NCBI GenBank assembly: GCA_036172245.1
Contig: JAYWIR010000014.1
Location: forward strand, 3,348,001 to 3,412,000
DNA from: Raillietiella orientalis
Lineage: Eukaryota
Direction of reading: 5' to 3'
Length of the DNA: 64,000 nucleotides
Position 1 is the stretch's first letter, and each line of letters opens with the position of its first letter. A program made the translations under genes and the position numbers. The notes below the pieces were generated by a model. The model was not told where the DNA came from. It saw only the letters and a list, made by a program, of their open reading frames with translations, and made no database searches. Shown here piece after piece: positions 36,501 through 49,957 of this stretch.

Positions 36501-39500
36501 TGCATCTAGGAATACAATTCTAAATGAAAATCACATACATAGTCAGATATTGTTACACCGTTTCACATATGTAATCATTCTTATTTAGCGCATCAACATC
36601 CGAGTCCTGGATAACTCGTTTCCGTTCGATTTCACTCCGGTATAAAAGATATACTTGTTGTCCCAGACCCATTTGTCACTGCTTTTGCAGTCAAGTCTCC
36701 ACCTCGCTGTCTGTCGCTGATCTTCTACTTTATCAACATCTACTGCTTTATCTAAATGAAAACCAAAACGAGTCTTCCCGGATCACATCTCCCTTCCTGG
36801 ATTCATTTTTCGATACGTCTGCTGATTTACCAGATCTCTCAAATACCAAAACGAATATATACAAACACGGAGGAAGATAAAGTTCATCACGATGAACTGA
36901 TCGAGACTCGGAACGAGATTTTATGACGAGGAACATCAATTCTGGGGGTATGCCGGCGACTTCAGATCCAGCCTCACAAACGTGCAACATCTGCGATTGG
37001 ATTCAGCTCTTATCTTCAGCCCGAGTTGCTTTCTAATAATTGCGAAACTTCGAAGCTTTTCTTAGATGCAAGATCAAGTGCAACCACCTTGTTGGTCCTG
37101 CTCCCAGAATCCACGTGGAAACCCATGGGAAACCAAAGTGTAATAGCGTAATGGAAAGCCACACATTTTGCCGCAGGTACCTGGTCATCCTAGCTGGTTC
37201 TACGAACAGGCGGGGAATTTTTTTCTCTTCGCCTGAAACGAAATGTCACGAACCCTTGCGTACTGTTTTTTCTTTAAAACACTTGGAAAGAGGGTGAGTT
37301 ATGCAAACAGATTCCCAACTGTTTCTTGCTATGGTGATTTTTTTCTGCAACGATTCGTTGCAGATACTTTTTCAATTTGATACTCGTAAACTTTTTTTTT
37401 TTTTTCGTTTATTTTCGTGTTAGTGCGGCAATACACGAACAGAAGACTTGAAATCGGGAATTATCGTTTTCTTGTCATTTAATTTATTTTCAACAACCCT
37501 ACAATTAATTTATTACGCGTGTATTCTATGTTTGTTAATATGCTACTCATTCGTGGCATCCAGCGATGGAAGCGAACCTGCTCTAAAATATGGATGTTTG
37601 ATAAAGTGCCAGTAATTTAAGGGAAACGCATCGGAACTCATTCAGTGAGCCCCGTGCAGACCCCAAATGCTATTCCTTCAACACCCCACTGCAGCGGACG
37701 GTGCGGCATTTTTCCCGACTCCAAGAGACACCAGGATCTCCTCATGACCTGAAGATGAGAAACAAAAGTGCCGAAATGCTACGAAAATAAAGCGAATCCT
37801 TAGTCAGCAAAGCTGACTAAGGATGCGTTTCGTCCCCACCCTCCTCCCCCTCGTGTGGGATGCAAACTCGCAGAAATGCAGCATCACTTCCACCGAACCA
37901 TTCTTGCTGCAAGCAAAGTGTTATTCAACCATTTCTTGGTATTCTTGACGTTTACACACTTGAAAATTGCAGTCGCGGTTAATGGGAATCTTTTTCAAGG
38001 ACGAGACTCTGCTCACTTCCCATCCTTGCTGGTTCCAGTCTTCCTTAGCAAACTCCACAAAGTATCCCCCCCCCCCACACACACACACAGCTGGAGAAAT
38101 TTGTATCTTATTGCTACCTGGACAACTCCTTAGTGTGCGGAATTCGGTGGACGTTTAGTCGCCACATTTGACGTGCGTGCACGTAGCAACACCCTCCATG
38201 GATACCCTTCTTCTGCCGGAATTTGAGCATCGTGACTTTACACTGGAAAATTTTTTCAACTGCTTGAGAAGACGGTTGCACGGATCGGATCGGATTGTCA
38301 CCGCGTCCCACTCTGGCTGTCAGAAATGCCTTCTTACACCACTGCTTCATCGGTCAGCATCTTCAGGCAGAGATAAGGACGGAGTTCGCCTGCTGGTAGC
38401 GACCAAAGCACGCCGTGCATCCAAAGAAAAACATGAAAGGAGAGCCCATAGAAAACTGAAAGACATTCAGCTCATCGACTCATCACTGACAAACAACCCT
38501 TTCATCAGTCTCTCTTTTTTTTTTTTTCGGGTTTTTCCTTCTTTTTGGTTCTCAAGGAGTGCTGAAAAACTGTTCGCTTCCTTAGGGAAGGCTCACGAAA
38601 CTCTTTAACGTTGTCCACGCCACCCGAGGATGCGTGCAACTCGTCAAGTTATTGGGGATCACTCCGGAGGGACCACCTTATGTATCCAGGGAGGCTCCAG
38701 AGCAAGGAGTTCGTTCCTCTTATGCTTGGCAGGAAAACCCCGAAGACAAACCACCTCTTCCTTATTCTCTCCTGAGAGACCATTCCTCATTCCTTCTCCG
38801 AAGAGAACCCGGAAAGGATCCGCTCCTTGTTTGCTGCCGCGAAAAGAACCCGAAGGAATGTTTCCCAATTCCTCTGGGGGGACGCTTCCCGAAGGCAGCA
38901 GCGCACTTCCCCGCGCTCTGGAGTATCTCACCCAGAGTATCTCACGAGGGGAAGGAGGCTCTATATTCTACAACCGGAGGGGAATCCTGGAAGGAAACCG
39001 GCTCCTTGATTCCTGGAAGTGAACTTCAAATCCTGCAAAATTCGCAAAGCAAAATCGAACCAACTTTTCTCTGCGAGCCCTCCTTCCTCTGAATCTTAGA
39101 AAATCTTAGAATGAGTCTGCAAAATCTTCCACTGTGGAAACTGGGAGTGGTGTGTTCCGCACGCTGCAGTGCTCGCAGCCTCCGCATTGGAGCACTACTC
39201 AGGTTGCAACGATCTTCTCCGTTCGAGATGGTACGGATACAAATTTGCACGCATCCAAACAGCAGCGCTGAGGGGGAGGGAGGGGAAACCGCTCACAGCA
39301 GCGCTGATCTCCGAAGTGTCCCAGCAAATCATCAGTCTGAAATGGTCCTGCAAGCGTCTTGATTTCCCGAGCAGTTCCATGGACCTCTTGCTGCACTCTC
39401 ATATGTGAGCACCATCAAGCAGTCACCCGGCTCAGTGGAGTTCATTTCTCCCGAAACGAATTAATGATTATCGTCATCGGAAGGTCTGCACGAATCCATC

Positions 39501-42500
39501 TCTGGAAGCCGTGTCCCTGGACACGAGATCGCTTGCGGACACCCGTACGAAGAAGACATACTGCCTTCGTGAGAGATGGGTGATCTTGCCACGGCTAAAA
39601 CACTCCCACGCACTCCGCATCCACCTGCAGTTTTCGGAGGCAGATCCACACCTGTTTTGTTCCTCCGTGCGTTAGCATGGAAGTTCCCTGTGGTCACGCA
39701 AATCCCTCTCGGGCTTTTAACGCGGAGTCCAGAGAGGACCCGGCATTCCGAATGGCGCGGTGATGGTCTCTTGTGGGGCTCGCTGCGCGTCCTTCACAGA
39801 CGGTGCTCCTTTCGGCAAAAATCGGTGCTTATTGCGCGTTCGGGAGAAGACTTCACAGAACTTGCAAGCATTTCACTGAGCGCGCGATGGTGAAATGATG
39901 GCGGATGATAGTGGTCCTTGGGGTTGGAGAGGTGAGACGCACCCGGGTGCCCCGTCGGAAGTGCCAGCGAAGGCACACTTGCACGCGAGACAAAAAAAAA
40001 CAAAGTTTGCCCCAGAAACAACGCCGTTGCTGCCCTCTGACGGAAGCACAAAGCGCAGCTGCCAACGAGCTCTTCTCGAGTTCAAAGCAGGAGTCGCAAT
40101 GGACCACAACGCGGCTGCGTCACACAGTGAAGCCATGAACAGCCTGCACCGTTGTGCAGCGAACGCGAGATCCAGGCAGCAAGACGCGAAGATGCCACGG
40201 TGATGAAATGACGGCGAGGCAGCTTCCGCGCGGACCACCACACGCAGGCAAATGATTTTACCGGCAGTGGGGACGTGACCCCACAAACCAAAACATATGG
40301 AACGACTGGTAGTACGACATCATCGACTGGAAAGGAGAGAAACTAGGGCGACAACGTGAGGATACATTAACCTAGTCCCCCAGGATGGCTAATCACACGA
40401 AAAGTTCAGTGCCACGAGGTCGGTCCGCTCCCCCCCCCTTCTTGAAGAGAAAGAGCAACTAAATTCTCGCTTTCTTCCACAGTTTTCCTCCCGTGACGCA
40501 GGAGTCTGGAGGTCAGGAGTGAGGCGGGAGAGGAAGAACACGCAGAAAAGAGCGATTTAGAGGCTTCCAGCGCTCTTCCTCATCCCCGGCTGCATCGCAG
40601 TGCCCAGTGGCCTTCACCTTGGGAAGCGCCCCCTTCGACGCTCTCAGACCGTGAGCGTCGCGTCGAGCGGGAATCCGATGCCGCTTGCCTGAGACTCCAG
40701 AGACTCTAGAGAGCATTTTTCTGGTGACACGAGTGAAGCCAGGGTGCCGACTCGAGGGACAGTGAATTGTAAGGGACGCGGGCGGCGAAAGCCCTCGTTG
40801 GTCAAGGACTGTGTAGAAGCAGCCTCCGCGACAAAAGCGTAACGCTGCCCACCGTCTATTCCCGGAAGCTGTTCACTGGGAGGTAGCATTCGTTCCTAAA
40901 AGAGTTTTTCTGTAAAAGGACGACACCCCGGATCCCCTTGCCACGCAGCGGAAGCCGAAAGATGAAACCCGCCGGACCAGCTACTGCCGCCGCCTGCAGG
41001 CACACATCCTCGGACACGCGCACAGTCAACGTCCGCTCGCCGCCACCGATACTCACTCAACGTGACCCGCGGTCCGACCTCTCTCCACAGCCACCTGGTA
41101 GTCCAATTTCGCTTGCTCCTTCTCCTTCACGTAGGCGTAGTGAGTTCTGTTCTTCACCTGGCTGAAAAGGGAGGAAGAGGGCGGAGAGCGAAGGTCAGCA
41201 AGAGGGGGGAGGGGAGGCGGAGCCTCTCGCAGCGCGCTCCTTACATCGAGAAGTTGGAGATGAAGGCGGATTCGGGAAGCAGGAAGTCGAAGGTGGTCTC
41301 GAGGGCTCGGGAGTCGGCGTTCTTCATCCTGCTGGTGACGACGGTCGTGGCGTAGCGCCATTTTATGGTGGAGTTGATGTGCAGGTGCGTGACCACCAGC
41401 TTGGATCCCGGTTGGCTCGTCTGGAACACGGGATTTTGAGATCACCGCTCGCCGCCGCCGTCCCTTCGCGCCGCAAGGGGAAGAGCCACTGACGAGCCAA
41501 TAGAAAGCGACCCCCGAGGACGACGTGCCTCCCGGACTCCAAGAGAAGCAGCGGCGATCCTCTTCCTCCCGCGGCAATCCCGGAAGGCATCCAAGAAACT
41601 TCCGCCCAAGAAGAGCGAGCAACGACGGAAGGCAGTCCCGCCGACTCCGCGCGGCGCCTTCCCAGAAAGAGACGCAGGAGAAGCCTCCAGGAAGTGGGAG
41701 ACGCGCCCATTCCAGAGAGAGGGAGAGATTCTTGGCGCGGGAAGGATCTGGAGGTCGTCCCTCATCCGGGGGATCCAACGCAAGTTGGCGACCCTAGTGG
41801 CAGCAGCCACCCCAGGGGGCGCCCCAGCCGCAGACCAGAGCAACGCGCGTCTCTTCCGTGACTCCCTTTCCTCGAGGGAGTCCCAGAGGCGCACACCCGT
41901 CGCGTTCCGGATCCCTTGGGCGACGGGCCTGCTGATGCAGGGATCGCTCACGTCGTCGCGTGGCGGGCTCACTCGCGTCCGGGTGGCCCGCCGCCCTCTC
42001 CAGGAACGCCCCCGCAGGGGAGAGCTGAGCGTGCCCGGTCCACCCGAATCTCCTGCCGTCCGCTCGCCACGGGGAGGAGCAGCTCCCGGGAGATGAGGCT
42101 GCGGGAGCAAGAGCTCAGCTCCAGACGCCGAAGGGGCGCTCCCTGAGGAGCACGGCGGCCGCCGTCTCCGCCGAGGGAGCTCGGCGCCGAGACATCCCCC
42201 GGCGGCGACGCTGCAGATCCCAACGTTCGTCTCTGCGCCGCCCCAGTTCGGGAACATCCTCATCAATCACCGGGAGTCCCGGTCCGCCAATGCAAGAACC
42301 CAGGTACAGTGATCAGGAGGGCAAGCCTACCTGACCCTCCTCCTCAGGCACCGCTACGCTTTCCCACGAACCCCGAGATGAAACGAAGAGGAGGGGCGTG
42401 CGCACTCCGGAGTTCGACGGAGCGCGTGCGCTAACTGGTTCGGAAGGGGAGCTTCCTGGGGAGCACGGCTCTGGCGACGAGGCGAGTCAAAGAAGATCAT

Positions 42501-45500
42501 GCGGCCGCCGGGTTTGACCACGCCTGGGCCGCGGTTTCACCCTGCCCGGATCCGCCCCGCGCGGGAGAGCGTTGGTCACCGCGTGGATGCGAGTGGGGAG
42601 CCGCGAGGACGGCAGGGAAGTGCCGAGCTGCGACAGACCCTTCGCCGCGAATCTTCGAAGCGGCCGGCAAACGGAATTTCCTGTCTTCAGAGGGAGGAGG
42701 GCCCGAACGCCACCACTTGCCGTCGTCTCTCCGAAGCTGCTCGCGTTTGCCCTGGAGCGGCGCACCGGCACGCCTCTGCGGGCGCGAAGGGGGAGGAGTG
42801 ATAGGGGGAGGGAGGGTTGGTTTCGACGCGTCTGGCTTCTCTCCGGGACCAGGCAGCGCACCTGATCGTGGGATCAGATACACTGTGATGCCACGCGTTC
42901 CCTGCTGCTTCCGTCGCATTCGATAGATGGCTCATTTGCGATCGCGCTCGGCGCCAACAGTGCTCATCTTAGAAACTGTTCCCACAACGGGAGTAGGGAG
43001 GAGGGTTGCGACCTTCCGCAAACGTTCTGCTCTTGTAAACTTTTTTTTTTTTAAAAAAAAAAAAAAGATTTTTTTCTTTTCCGGAACATTCGACTTTGCG
43101 CTGTTTTTCTTTGGAATTCCTGTAGGCAAATAGAAAGGTCAGAGTCGAAAAAGCATGGAGGAGGGGCGTGGGGTGCTGCCAACCGGCGGCCACGATAGCG
43201 CAGTGAGGCGGCAGCTCGGATGCTGCAGGAAGGAGAACGTCAGCATTGACGCAAACAGGGATTCCTCCGCAGCGCTCAGTTGCTCGGCATGCGGCAACCA
43301 CCCTGCCACCTGGAGCCATCGAAATGGATCGGGGACCGAGGAGCAGCCGACCGCCGCGGATGTGACCGCACTCGAGCGAGGATGTTACGAGGAATTAGCT
43401 GCGTGCCCTCGAGACCTCGGGGCAGAAGGGCGTGAGCGATCAGAAAAGGCGGTGCGCTGCCCCGCTCCTGACGCGGCTGTGGGGCAAGCATGGCCGAGGC
43501 CACCCCAAATGTATCGGAGCATCCGGTTCGCGCTCGTCCATCTTTCTGTAAATGCAGATGATCACCGAGTAGGTTCGCGCGGACGGCGAGTATGTCCACT
43601 CCAAAGGAAAGCACCAGCAAGACGACTGCGTACCGTACCGTACCGGGAAGGAACCAGAGTAAAACGGGACTTGCGCGCCCACCGGTGCACGGGCCGGCCG
43701 GCGCGACCCAGGGATGATGCGCACGTTGCAAGGACGTCGAACCTGCTCCAAAGCGAGACCGAACTCCAGCCAGCGCAATTACCAGGCGTTTCACGCGGTT
43801 CCTCTACGTGCGAAGGACCCGCAAGAAAAGGTGAAAATCGTTAGCCACAGGAACTCAGCAGCTGTTACCTGGAGCCGCCTCACCTCTTGCACGTCCTCCG
43901 ACGTAAGCGGAATCAGAGTGAGCGGCAGTATGACGACGAGAGCTCCAAGACTCCCGAAAGAACGTGGCGCACGAGCAAATGGACGTGAAATTCCATTGCC
44001 GAGCGGAGGGAACCCGGAAACGGGACACGAACGGCCCGTGCCTCGGACAGCCGATGGGACCACTTTCTCGCAGATAGGGCTACTCGCAAGTTCTTCCGCG
44101 AGCGCAGCCGCAGCTCTTCTGTGCAACGCATGCTCAGGGACAAGTGAAGGCAGATGACGTGGTGCTGTAAGAACTTTGGAAGGCGCGGTTTGTTTCAAAT
44201 GCCGCATGGAAGCTCCGTACGCCGCTTCTCCCGCACGGGCACCTTGGAAGCGCGCCTCAAGGCTCAAGGGGAGAGCATCGCCCTCCAGCGACGGTTCGAG
44301 GTCTCCCTCTTTTTCCTCTGCGTCAGGAACCGTTGATCTCTCGAGCATCTCTGCATGCAAGCGGGAGGAATGGTCCCTGCTGCCACTTTCCGACGTGACT
44401 CATCGCGCCCAGGAGCATCCCGCAGCGGAGCAAGGAAAGGCCATCCTCTCGATGGATGGACGACCTCGCGGTAAAAACGGTCAGCTTTTCGGGAATGGCT
44501 GCTCCGCACGTGTCGTTCAATGAGAAGAGCCGAAGAAGAACGGGCGAGAGGTGCGTTCTTCTTCAGCTCGCGTCGGGCGAGAGGAGAGGATTGTTGGCCT
44601 TCGAGGTCATTACCTCGGATGTCGATCCCGCGTCCACCAAGAAATGCGCTAGAAACGAGCGCGGGCAACCACGACGACGCTCCGTCCTTCGCGCAACCTG
44701 GGAACGTTTCATACGTCTCCGCGGCAACCTCCCCCCTTTTCTAACGGAAGGTGCAGTGGCGGAAGGGCGCAGAGGCTGCGCACGCGATATTTCCCAGAAG
44801 AGCCGCGCTTCTTTGAATCCTCTCTCCCTCTCCCTCTCCGCTTCAACAGATCCCACGTTCCCGTTGGAGGGAGCAGACTTCCTGGCTTTCGCCTGCTATC
44901 GGAAGCTTGGCTGGAGCCGCGTGTCGCTGAGCAAGCACTCTCGGTTGCACGCTCGTTGCCACGTGGAGACGGGTGAGGGTGTAACTGGAGCTGCGCCGCT
45001 CCAAGTCTCCCTGGCACGGTCTGGCGAAACCCTGACCTCACATGGGAGGGAGGCTGCAGCTCTTCGGTGGCGCGAAGAGATTTTGTGTTGGCTTCATCAG
45101 AGAGGAAACAGTCGAAGATGAAAACAGAGGCGAGGGGGAGACGGTAACCAAGACGAGAACGGGGGTGAGAAAGGGGTGAGGTGAAGTTGGTGCAACCCAG
45201 GGAACATAGATGGACATTGGGGATCGAAAAGAAAGGTGAACGCCTGTGGCTTTCACTTGCGAAATGGATGCGTGGGTGGGAGCATTTCCAGGGAGACTCC
45301 TCTTCGGGTAGGAAACGCCCTTCAGATCAGCATTCTAGTCACTGGTTTTTCGATCATTTTTCCCTTGCTGAGCACCACGCGACTCCCACATTTCCCCTAT
45401 TCGAGCATCCTTTTGAGGCGAACCGATCAACTCCCGTCCTGGCCGATCAGTGCAGCTCTTGCGGACCCATGTCCGAGCTGACCTCGGGGCATCCGCCTCA

Positions 45501-48500
45501 GGGAGCGCGGAGCGATGAACGGATCTCCCGACCTGAAAATCGACTCACACGAGACGTTTTTCGGGAGCGATGCCGTCATCTTTAGGATGCAAAGAAAAGG
45601 TAGCGGAGGGAAACGAGCAAGGGGAAGGGGGTCTCCTTTTCTCTTTCCCGGAGGGCTAACAGGAAACCTGGCAGCAGTGAATGTGGAGCGAAGAGGATGT
45701 AGAAAAAGACAAAAGGAAGCAAAAAAATCGGAGCAGCACCGGAAGAGAGAAGGGGAAGGCGCCATGAAACAGGGAAGAAGCCACAAAGAAAGGGATGTGC
45801 CGCTCAGTCCGACGAGGTGGCGACACACGAAAGCACGAAGACAAAAAGTAGGACCTGCCTGTCCTCGGATCGGAGGGGGAGCAGAGCGGCTGGTCGAGAG
45901 GAAGGAACGAGAGCGAGAGGAGGAACAGAAAGAGAGGAATTCGGAAGAACTCCATGCACCCGTCTCCACCGCACGGAGATGCAAAGGTCATGCCGGGCAA
46001 AGGGAGCTCCCTTTGCCCGGTCAGTTGCAGTCTTCCTGACAGGAAAGGAGCAGGCCCGCGGCGGCATCGTATCCCGCGTGCGTACCGGCAAGGTCCACAC
46101 CCGAGGCAGCGAAAAACCCGCGGCGGGAAACCACCAACGGCGGCGCCATCCGTCTCGCGACCGATCTCCGAGAACGGTCGCTTCGTCATCGGGGGTGCAG
46201 ACGAGGAGATTTTTCGTCAGAAATAAACACAAAGGAGGGTCAAGGATTTCCTGCCGCTGACCAGGGAGAGCAGGAATCGCTTCCAGCCTTCCCGCCTCCT
46301 CCCCATCTCCGTAGCTTCCCTTTTCTCGTTTTTCCAGGTGAACCGCAGGATCCCAGACTTCGCTGGCGGAGCTGCGCGCACCTTCCTGCAGCCCTGCGGT
46401 GCAGCAACGCTGCGCAGGGCCGCGGCGTTGCTGTCACCTTTCCATGCGCGCTGAACTGACACGCCCTCGAGCCAATCTCCTGCTACCTTCTGTCCGGAAG
46501 GCAACGATTGTAACTGTGCAATGATGATGATCATGTTCGAGAAACAGAACTTTCGACTTCGCGTCCCGTCACCCGCAGGGAAGGGATCTCTATGGCCTTC
46601 TCGGCTGGCTCGACTTGGATCGCGCGTGGTTCGACGAGTCAGCGATCCTTTTGCGGTGGACGGGCGTCCTTTTGAGCTGAGGGGTCGAAGCCTCTGAAGA
46701 CACTCCAAGTTTTGAAGTTATGTGCTTCGTGTTATGTTATGGTCAAGAGATTTCCCTCTTCGGATTCGTCCTTCCTGTTCTTCTGGGCTTGAAGATCTCT
46801 TCTTTGTTCCGGGACTTCACGGGGCCATCTAGCACTGCCCTTTCGGTTCCCGGTTGACGCAGCCGATTCGAGGGCGAGTCCCATGGCCCAGCTGCAGAAC
46901 GGATCCCTTGAGCAGTCGCTCTCCGACTGTATCAGGGATCGACCGTCAACACTGAGGCTTCCTCTGCAGCTTACGTGAGAATCCGCGGCAGCGGACGTGC
47001 GTTCCACACTTCGCGCTCCGCCTTACCACGTGTCATGCGAGTTTTCCGTTGCCTCCGTCTGGAGGTTACTCTTCAGGACCCTCTGCCTGTTTGCCCATGA
47101 TGACTGCAATCGTGCAGATTACCCGCAAACCCGATCTCCAATCTGTGAAGTTTCTTTCTGCCTCTCCTTTCCCCGCATCTGCTCCATCAGCATGCCCTCT
47201 TCGCTCGCGATGCCGTCTGACTTGAACGTCGGCACCTGTTGCCGCACCCAGTTCCCTGGGGGACGGCGCTTTATCCGGGCATGACCTTGGTCCCTCGACG
47301 TGAAAGACGCCGCTGTTCCCCGAAAAGGCGCGTTCCCAGTGATCCTCGATTTTCCTTTTCAACGAAGCGCCCTTCCGCAACCGGTGGCCGTCGCAACCGC
47401 CTTCGCCTCCTGGGCGAGAGGCAGCGACCGTGAGCGCGCGAGGAACTGCGACCAAAAAGACATGCAGTAGCCAGCAACCAGCATCTTTGGTTTAAGGGCA
47501 GATGCAATCATCTCAGAGAAGAGCTCTTCATTCGGCGAGAGATGGAAAAGCTTCTTAGTCTGGACCATGGAGTTTCGGGGTGGAAAGGCTCAGCTGTTTC
47601 CCAGCAATCCGTCTTGCAGCGTGTGGATGCAGTTCACCCGCGGCCGCACACAGTTGGGTTGGGAGATGAGGGACCCTGACCCATCCCCCGCAGAGTGTCA
47701 TACGATGCTTGAGACGGAGATCGGCATGGAGACGGAAGTGGGATGGAGGAGGGTGCACTCGAGAGAGACGTCGTCTCCCACCCTTGAACGTCGAGGGTCC
47801 CAGAGACGAGAGGGAGGGAGCGGCGGCACCGGCTCGTTTCCTGACTCGCCGGAACCTCGGTTGAAATGGCTAGGGTGGGTGCCCGGAGCAGCGAGAACTC
47901 CTGGCAGAAATGATCCCGATCTTGTTTCTTCCCCGATCCCCTCAGGGATTTCCGAGAGCAGCTTCCTGAGGCGGCAGAGAGGGGCAACCCCTTCTTGATC
48001 TCGCTCGGTTCGCTCTACCTCCTCGCAGCTTCCCACTCCAGAAGGCTTGTCGGCCAATCGGCGAAAGCGACGAGGCCTTCGGTAACGAGAAGAAGGTTTC
48101 CGGACTTCCTTGGAAAGAGGTCTGACCTTTTCGGTCACAACCGCCTCAGTGAATACCCGGGTGAGATTCGGAGAGAGTCTGGTCCTGAAGACTCTGGGAC
48201 GATGCTCGCCCGCCATGCAGGGAAGGGAAAGAAAGGGGAATTCCTCTAGAGATGAGCGGAATGAACGGGAATCGTATTTTGCGGGGAACATTCGGGATGA
48301 GAAGAGTTCTGGTTTTGGAGCTTTGCCTCCGGGAGACTTGCGAATGGCCTGACCGCGGAGGGCATAGAGGCCAGGCCACTGCAAATGAGAGATACCTGCT
48401 GTCAGATCGTGCTGCAAGCTCCCGGAACTGCTTCCAGTTTGCTTCCCCTCTTCCTCTAGTTTTTCCAAAAGCTCATCACCAGTCCCTAAGGAAACGACGA

Positions 48501-49942
48501 CAGCCTTTCTGCTATTCCCTGTGGGCAGGAAAAAGTGCTCCAGCTCCCGCAGCTCCGACTTCAGGATTAGGAGAACAAGGACGAAAAGTTACCGTTATGT
48601 CTCGGGGCAGATTCCAGAGCTTCTTGAGCCAAAAGACCACAGAAAAGCTAAGCGCGCAAACGCCGAAGTTAAACCAATCAACTCCTGGACGGATCGGGAA
48701 TGATTCCCTACTTCGGAAGGTCGGACCCTAGAGATTGAGAACGCTTGGTTCACACATTTGTCTCTGTTGCCAGTAGTGGGTCACGTGGCAATCAAAGCTT
48801 CCGACGTTGAGAAATTTCAGTTCGGTCATGAGGAAAACATGGTTTTGATCGGGAATTCGACAGGAATCTCCGTGGGGTAGAATGGAGCTATTGAAAACAA
48901 CAGTCTAAACGACCCTTACCCATTCTTGAATAGGTGCTGTCAGGGCACCAAAGAAAAAGCGCCGAGTGGCTCGTTAAGTCCCAGAAATGGGCTCTATTTC
49001 TTCAGGCTCGGAAGCATTGGGAGAGCGACTTCTGAGGGTAACATCTCTTGTTCGTCATGCGTACATATCATCATCATGAATGTCATCATTTTTTTTTTTT
49101 TTTTTTTTCACCGAAGATAGCAGGCGACTGACTAGAAGTCAGATCAGCGCATACCGAAATATGAGAGCGGAATCTCTGTGGAGCAGTTGGGTCCTGCTTC
49201 AGTAACGCAGCATCTAGAATTCTCAACTGCCTGCTACATTTCAGCGGCAGAGAACCCCAGACTCTTCGAAACAGGATACAGCTCTCCAGGCGGAATAGAC
49301 GCCCCCGCAAGAAACGAATGAGCTGAGAGCCTTGCCCGACGGCACGTCGCATCGAGCCACTTCCGTTCGTTCACATTTGCTGCACGGACGCATTCACGGA
49401 CGAACTATGAAATTCGGCGAGCGACCATCGCAGTAGGCAGGATAACACGTGTACACACGCAAGCACATACACATGCGCAATGCACAACGCATTCTGTACA
49501 ACGATTCTTCACCCGGGTCGAGTTCTCTCGCTTTTCCTCTCGGGCCAAACGAACGGGAGGAACCACCAGGTGATTCCGAGAGGCCAGCTTTCCCCCTCGC
49601 AATCTGCTATGTTCTGGAAGGGTCTGTCCCCGCTCAACAGAGCATTCCTTTTTTTCCAGGAAGGAAGACTTCAAAAGTCGACAGTCGCTTTCTCCCTTCT
49701 ACAGCCGCACAGTCCCCACGCCCGGACGTGCGGATGCAATCATCGATTCCAAGCAAAGAGGAAAGAAAGGAAAAGAGGAAGAAGGAGGGGAAAGAAAAAA
49801 AAAAAAGACATACTTGATGTGGCACTTCCGTGTTGGTCGTCTCAGTCGTGGGCAAGGAATGCACCTCTGCGTACGCGACGAGCTCCCAGACGAAAAGAAC
49901 ACTGACGAACGAAAACGACGCGGCAAGCGCCACACGCCCCAT
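31826..49942 (-). CDS. ITIH4: Inter-alpha-trypsin inhibitor heavy chain-like protein (signal peptide, VIT, vWA), 8 exons, about 733 aa
   Basis: Exons on minus: 49942-49814, 41420-41245, 41161-41057, 35547-35300, 33529-33372, 33317-33117, 33059-32148, 32098-31826. All GT-AG with matching phases. VIT motifs (RYATTVVTSRMKN, LPESAFISNFS), GQFIVEYDLDR, DGYFVHFFSP, MIDAS VFVLDTSGSM/FLTDG, RLWAYLTIQNLL, YNFVTPLTSMVV. The 3' end is uncertain (possible donor near 31923). The symbol means ITIH4-like; orthology is not established. Confidence 0.9.
33600..34130 (-). mobile_element. LINE ORF1/ORF2 junction remnant in ITIH intron 4
   Basis: VFLNR.. ORF1-end-like, then MNEEILQLDIPG (like the EN start). Confidence 0.35.
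34170..34760 (+). mobile_element. LINE zf-RVT 3' fragment in ITIH intron 4
   Basis: EIKNLLYDLL, KCSLL...ILEC, LILVSRSKWFV. Confidence 0.5.
35300..35547 (-). CDS. ITIH-like exon 4
   Basis: SRDSNRFKVSINVASGEKVVYKLVYEEFLKRKRHLYEHAININPGQIVKDLKVDVSIEE; phase 2 in, phase 1 out. Confidence 0.92.
35700..37250 (-). mobile_element. Decayed LINE RT fragments in ITIH intron 3
   Basis: QGFIRG..KMDVAF; LLHFGFPWVSTWI. Confidence 0.45.
37796..37824. repeat. Perfect hairpin, 13-bp stem, 3-nt loop
   Basis: ATCCTTAGTCAGC-AAA-GCTGACTAAGGAT. Confidence 0.9.
37880..38480 (+). mobile_element. LINE RT fragment in ITIH intron 3
   Basis: IAVAVNGNLFQG..FPSLL, YLDN. Confidence 0.45.
38510..41000 (-). mobile_element. 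Family C LINE (EN to poly(A)), internally deleted
   Basis: RGVVLLQK / DGGQRY (EN) at 40800-40950; HI.EC and YHLERR (zf-RVT) at 39200-39420; 3' UTR array and poly(A) homologous to 10560-11270. Confidence 0.6.
41057..41420 (-). CDS. ITIH-like exons 2-3 (VIT domain), split by an 83-nt intron 41244-41162
   Basis: TSQPGSKLVVTHLHINSTIKWRYATTVVTSRMKN...AFISNFSI / QVKNRTHYAYVKEKEQAKLDYQVAVERGRTAGHV. Confidence 0.92.
43040..47000 (-). mobile_element. Near full-length decayed L1/Tx1-like LINE in ITIH intron 1
   Basis: ORF1-like PFSEIG..FRCLGCG (46200-46050); EN GNVGVAW..SEGRFL (45400-45310); RT LASSPICEKVV..GNGISRPF; zf HRLF..FCPEV; A-rich tail near 43040-43080. Confidence 0.65.
47000..48750 (-). mobile_element. 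Second decayed L1/Tx1-like 5' portion (ORF1 + EN) in ITIH intron 1
   Basis: DCWETAEP..TPWS...ISR (like the EN D.WR..P..TW..SRID motif). Confidence 0.45.
49814..49942 (-). CDS. ITIH-like exon 1 (signal peptide)
   Basis: MGRVALAASFSFVSVLFVWELVAYAEVHSLPTTETTNTEVPHQ, 43 codons, phase-0 GTATGT donor matching the phase-0 acceptor at 41421; core promoter directly upstream. Confidence 0.75.
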
Positions 49943-49957
49943 CCTTGACAGATTAGT

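Noticed and set aside
37745..37800. Hammerhead ribozyme (CTGAAGA...GAAA); also CTGATGA twice near 53535-53560
   Set aside because: I could not form stems II and III with a correctly placed cleavage triplet.
41363..41710. Local first exon for the ITIH-like gene
   Set aside because: No signal peptide and no donor in the right phase; the exon at 49942-49814 fits better.
41500..48750. Many overlapping 100-270 aa ORFs in the GC-rich region as real genes
   Set aside because: Arg/Pro/Gly-rich open frames are expected at high GC; the recognisable motifs are scattered LINE remnants in shifting frames.
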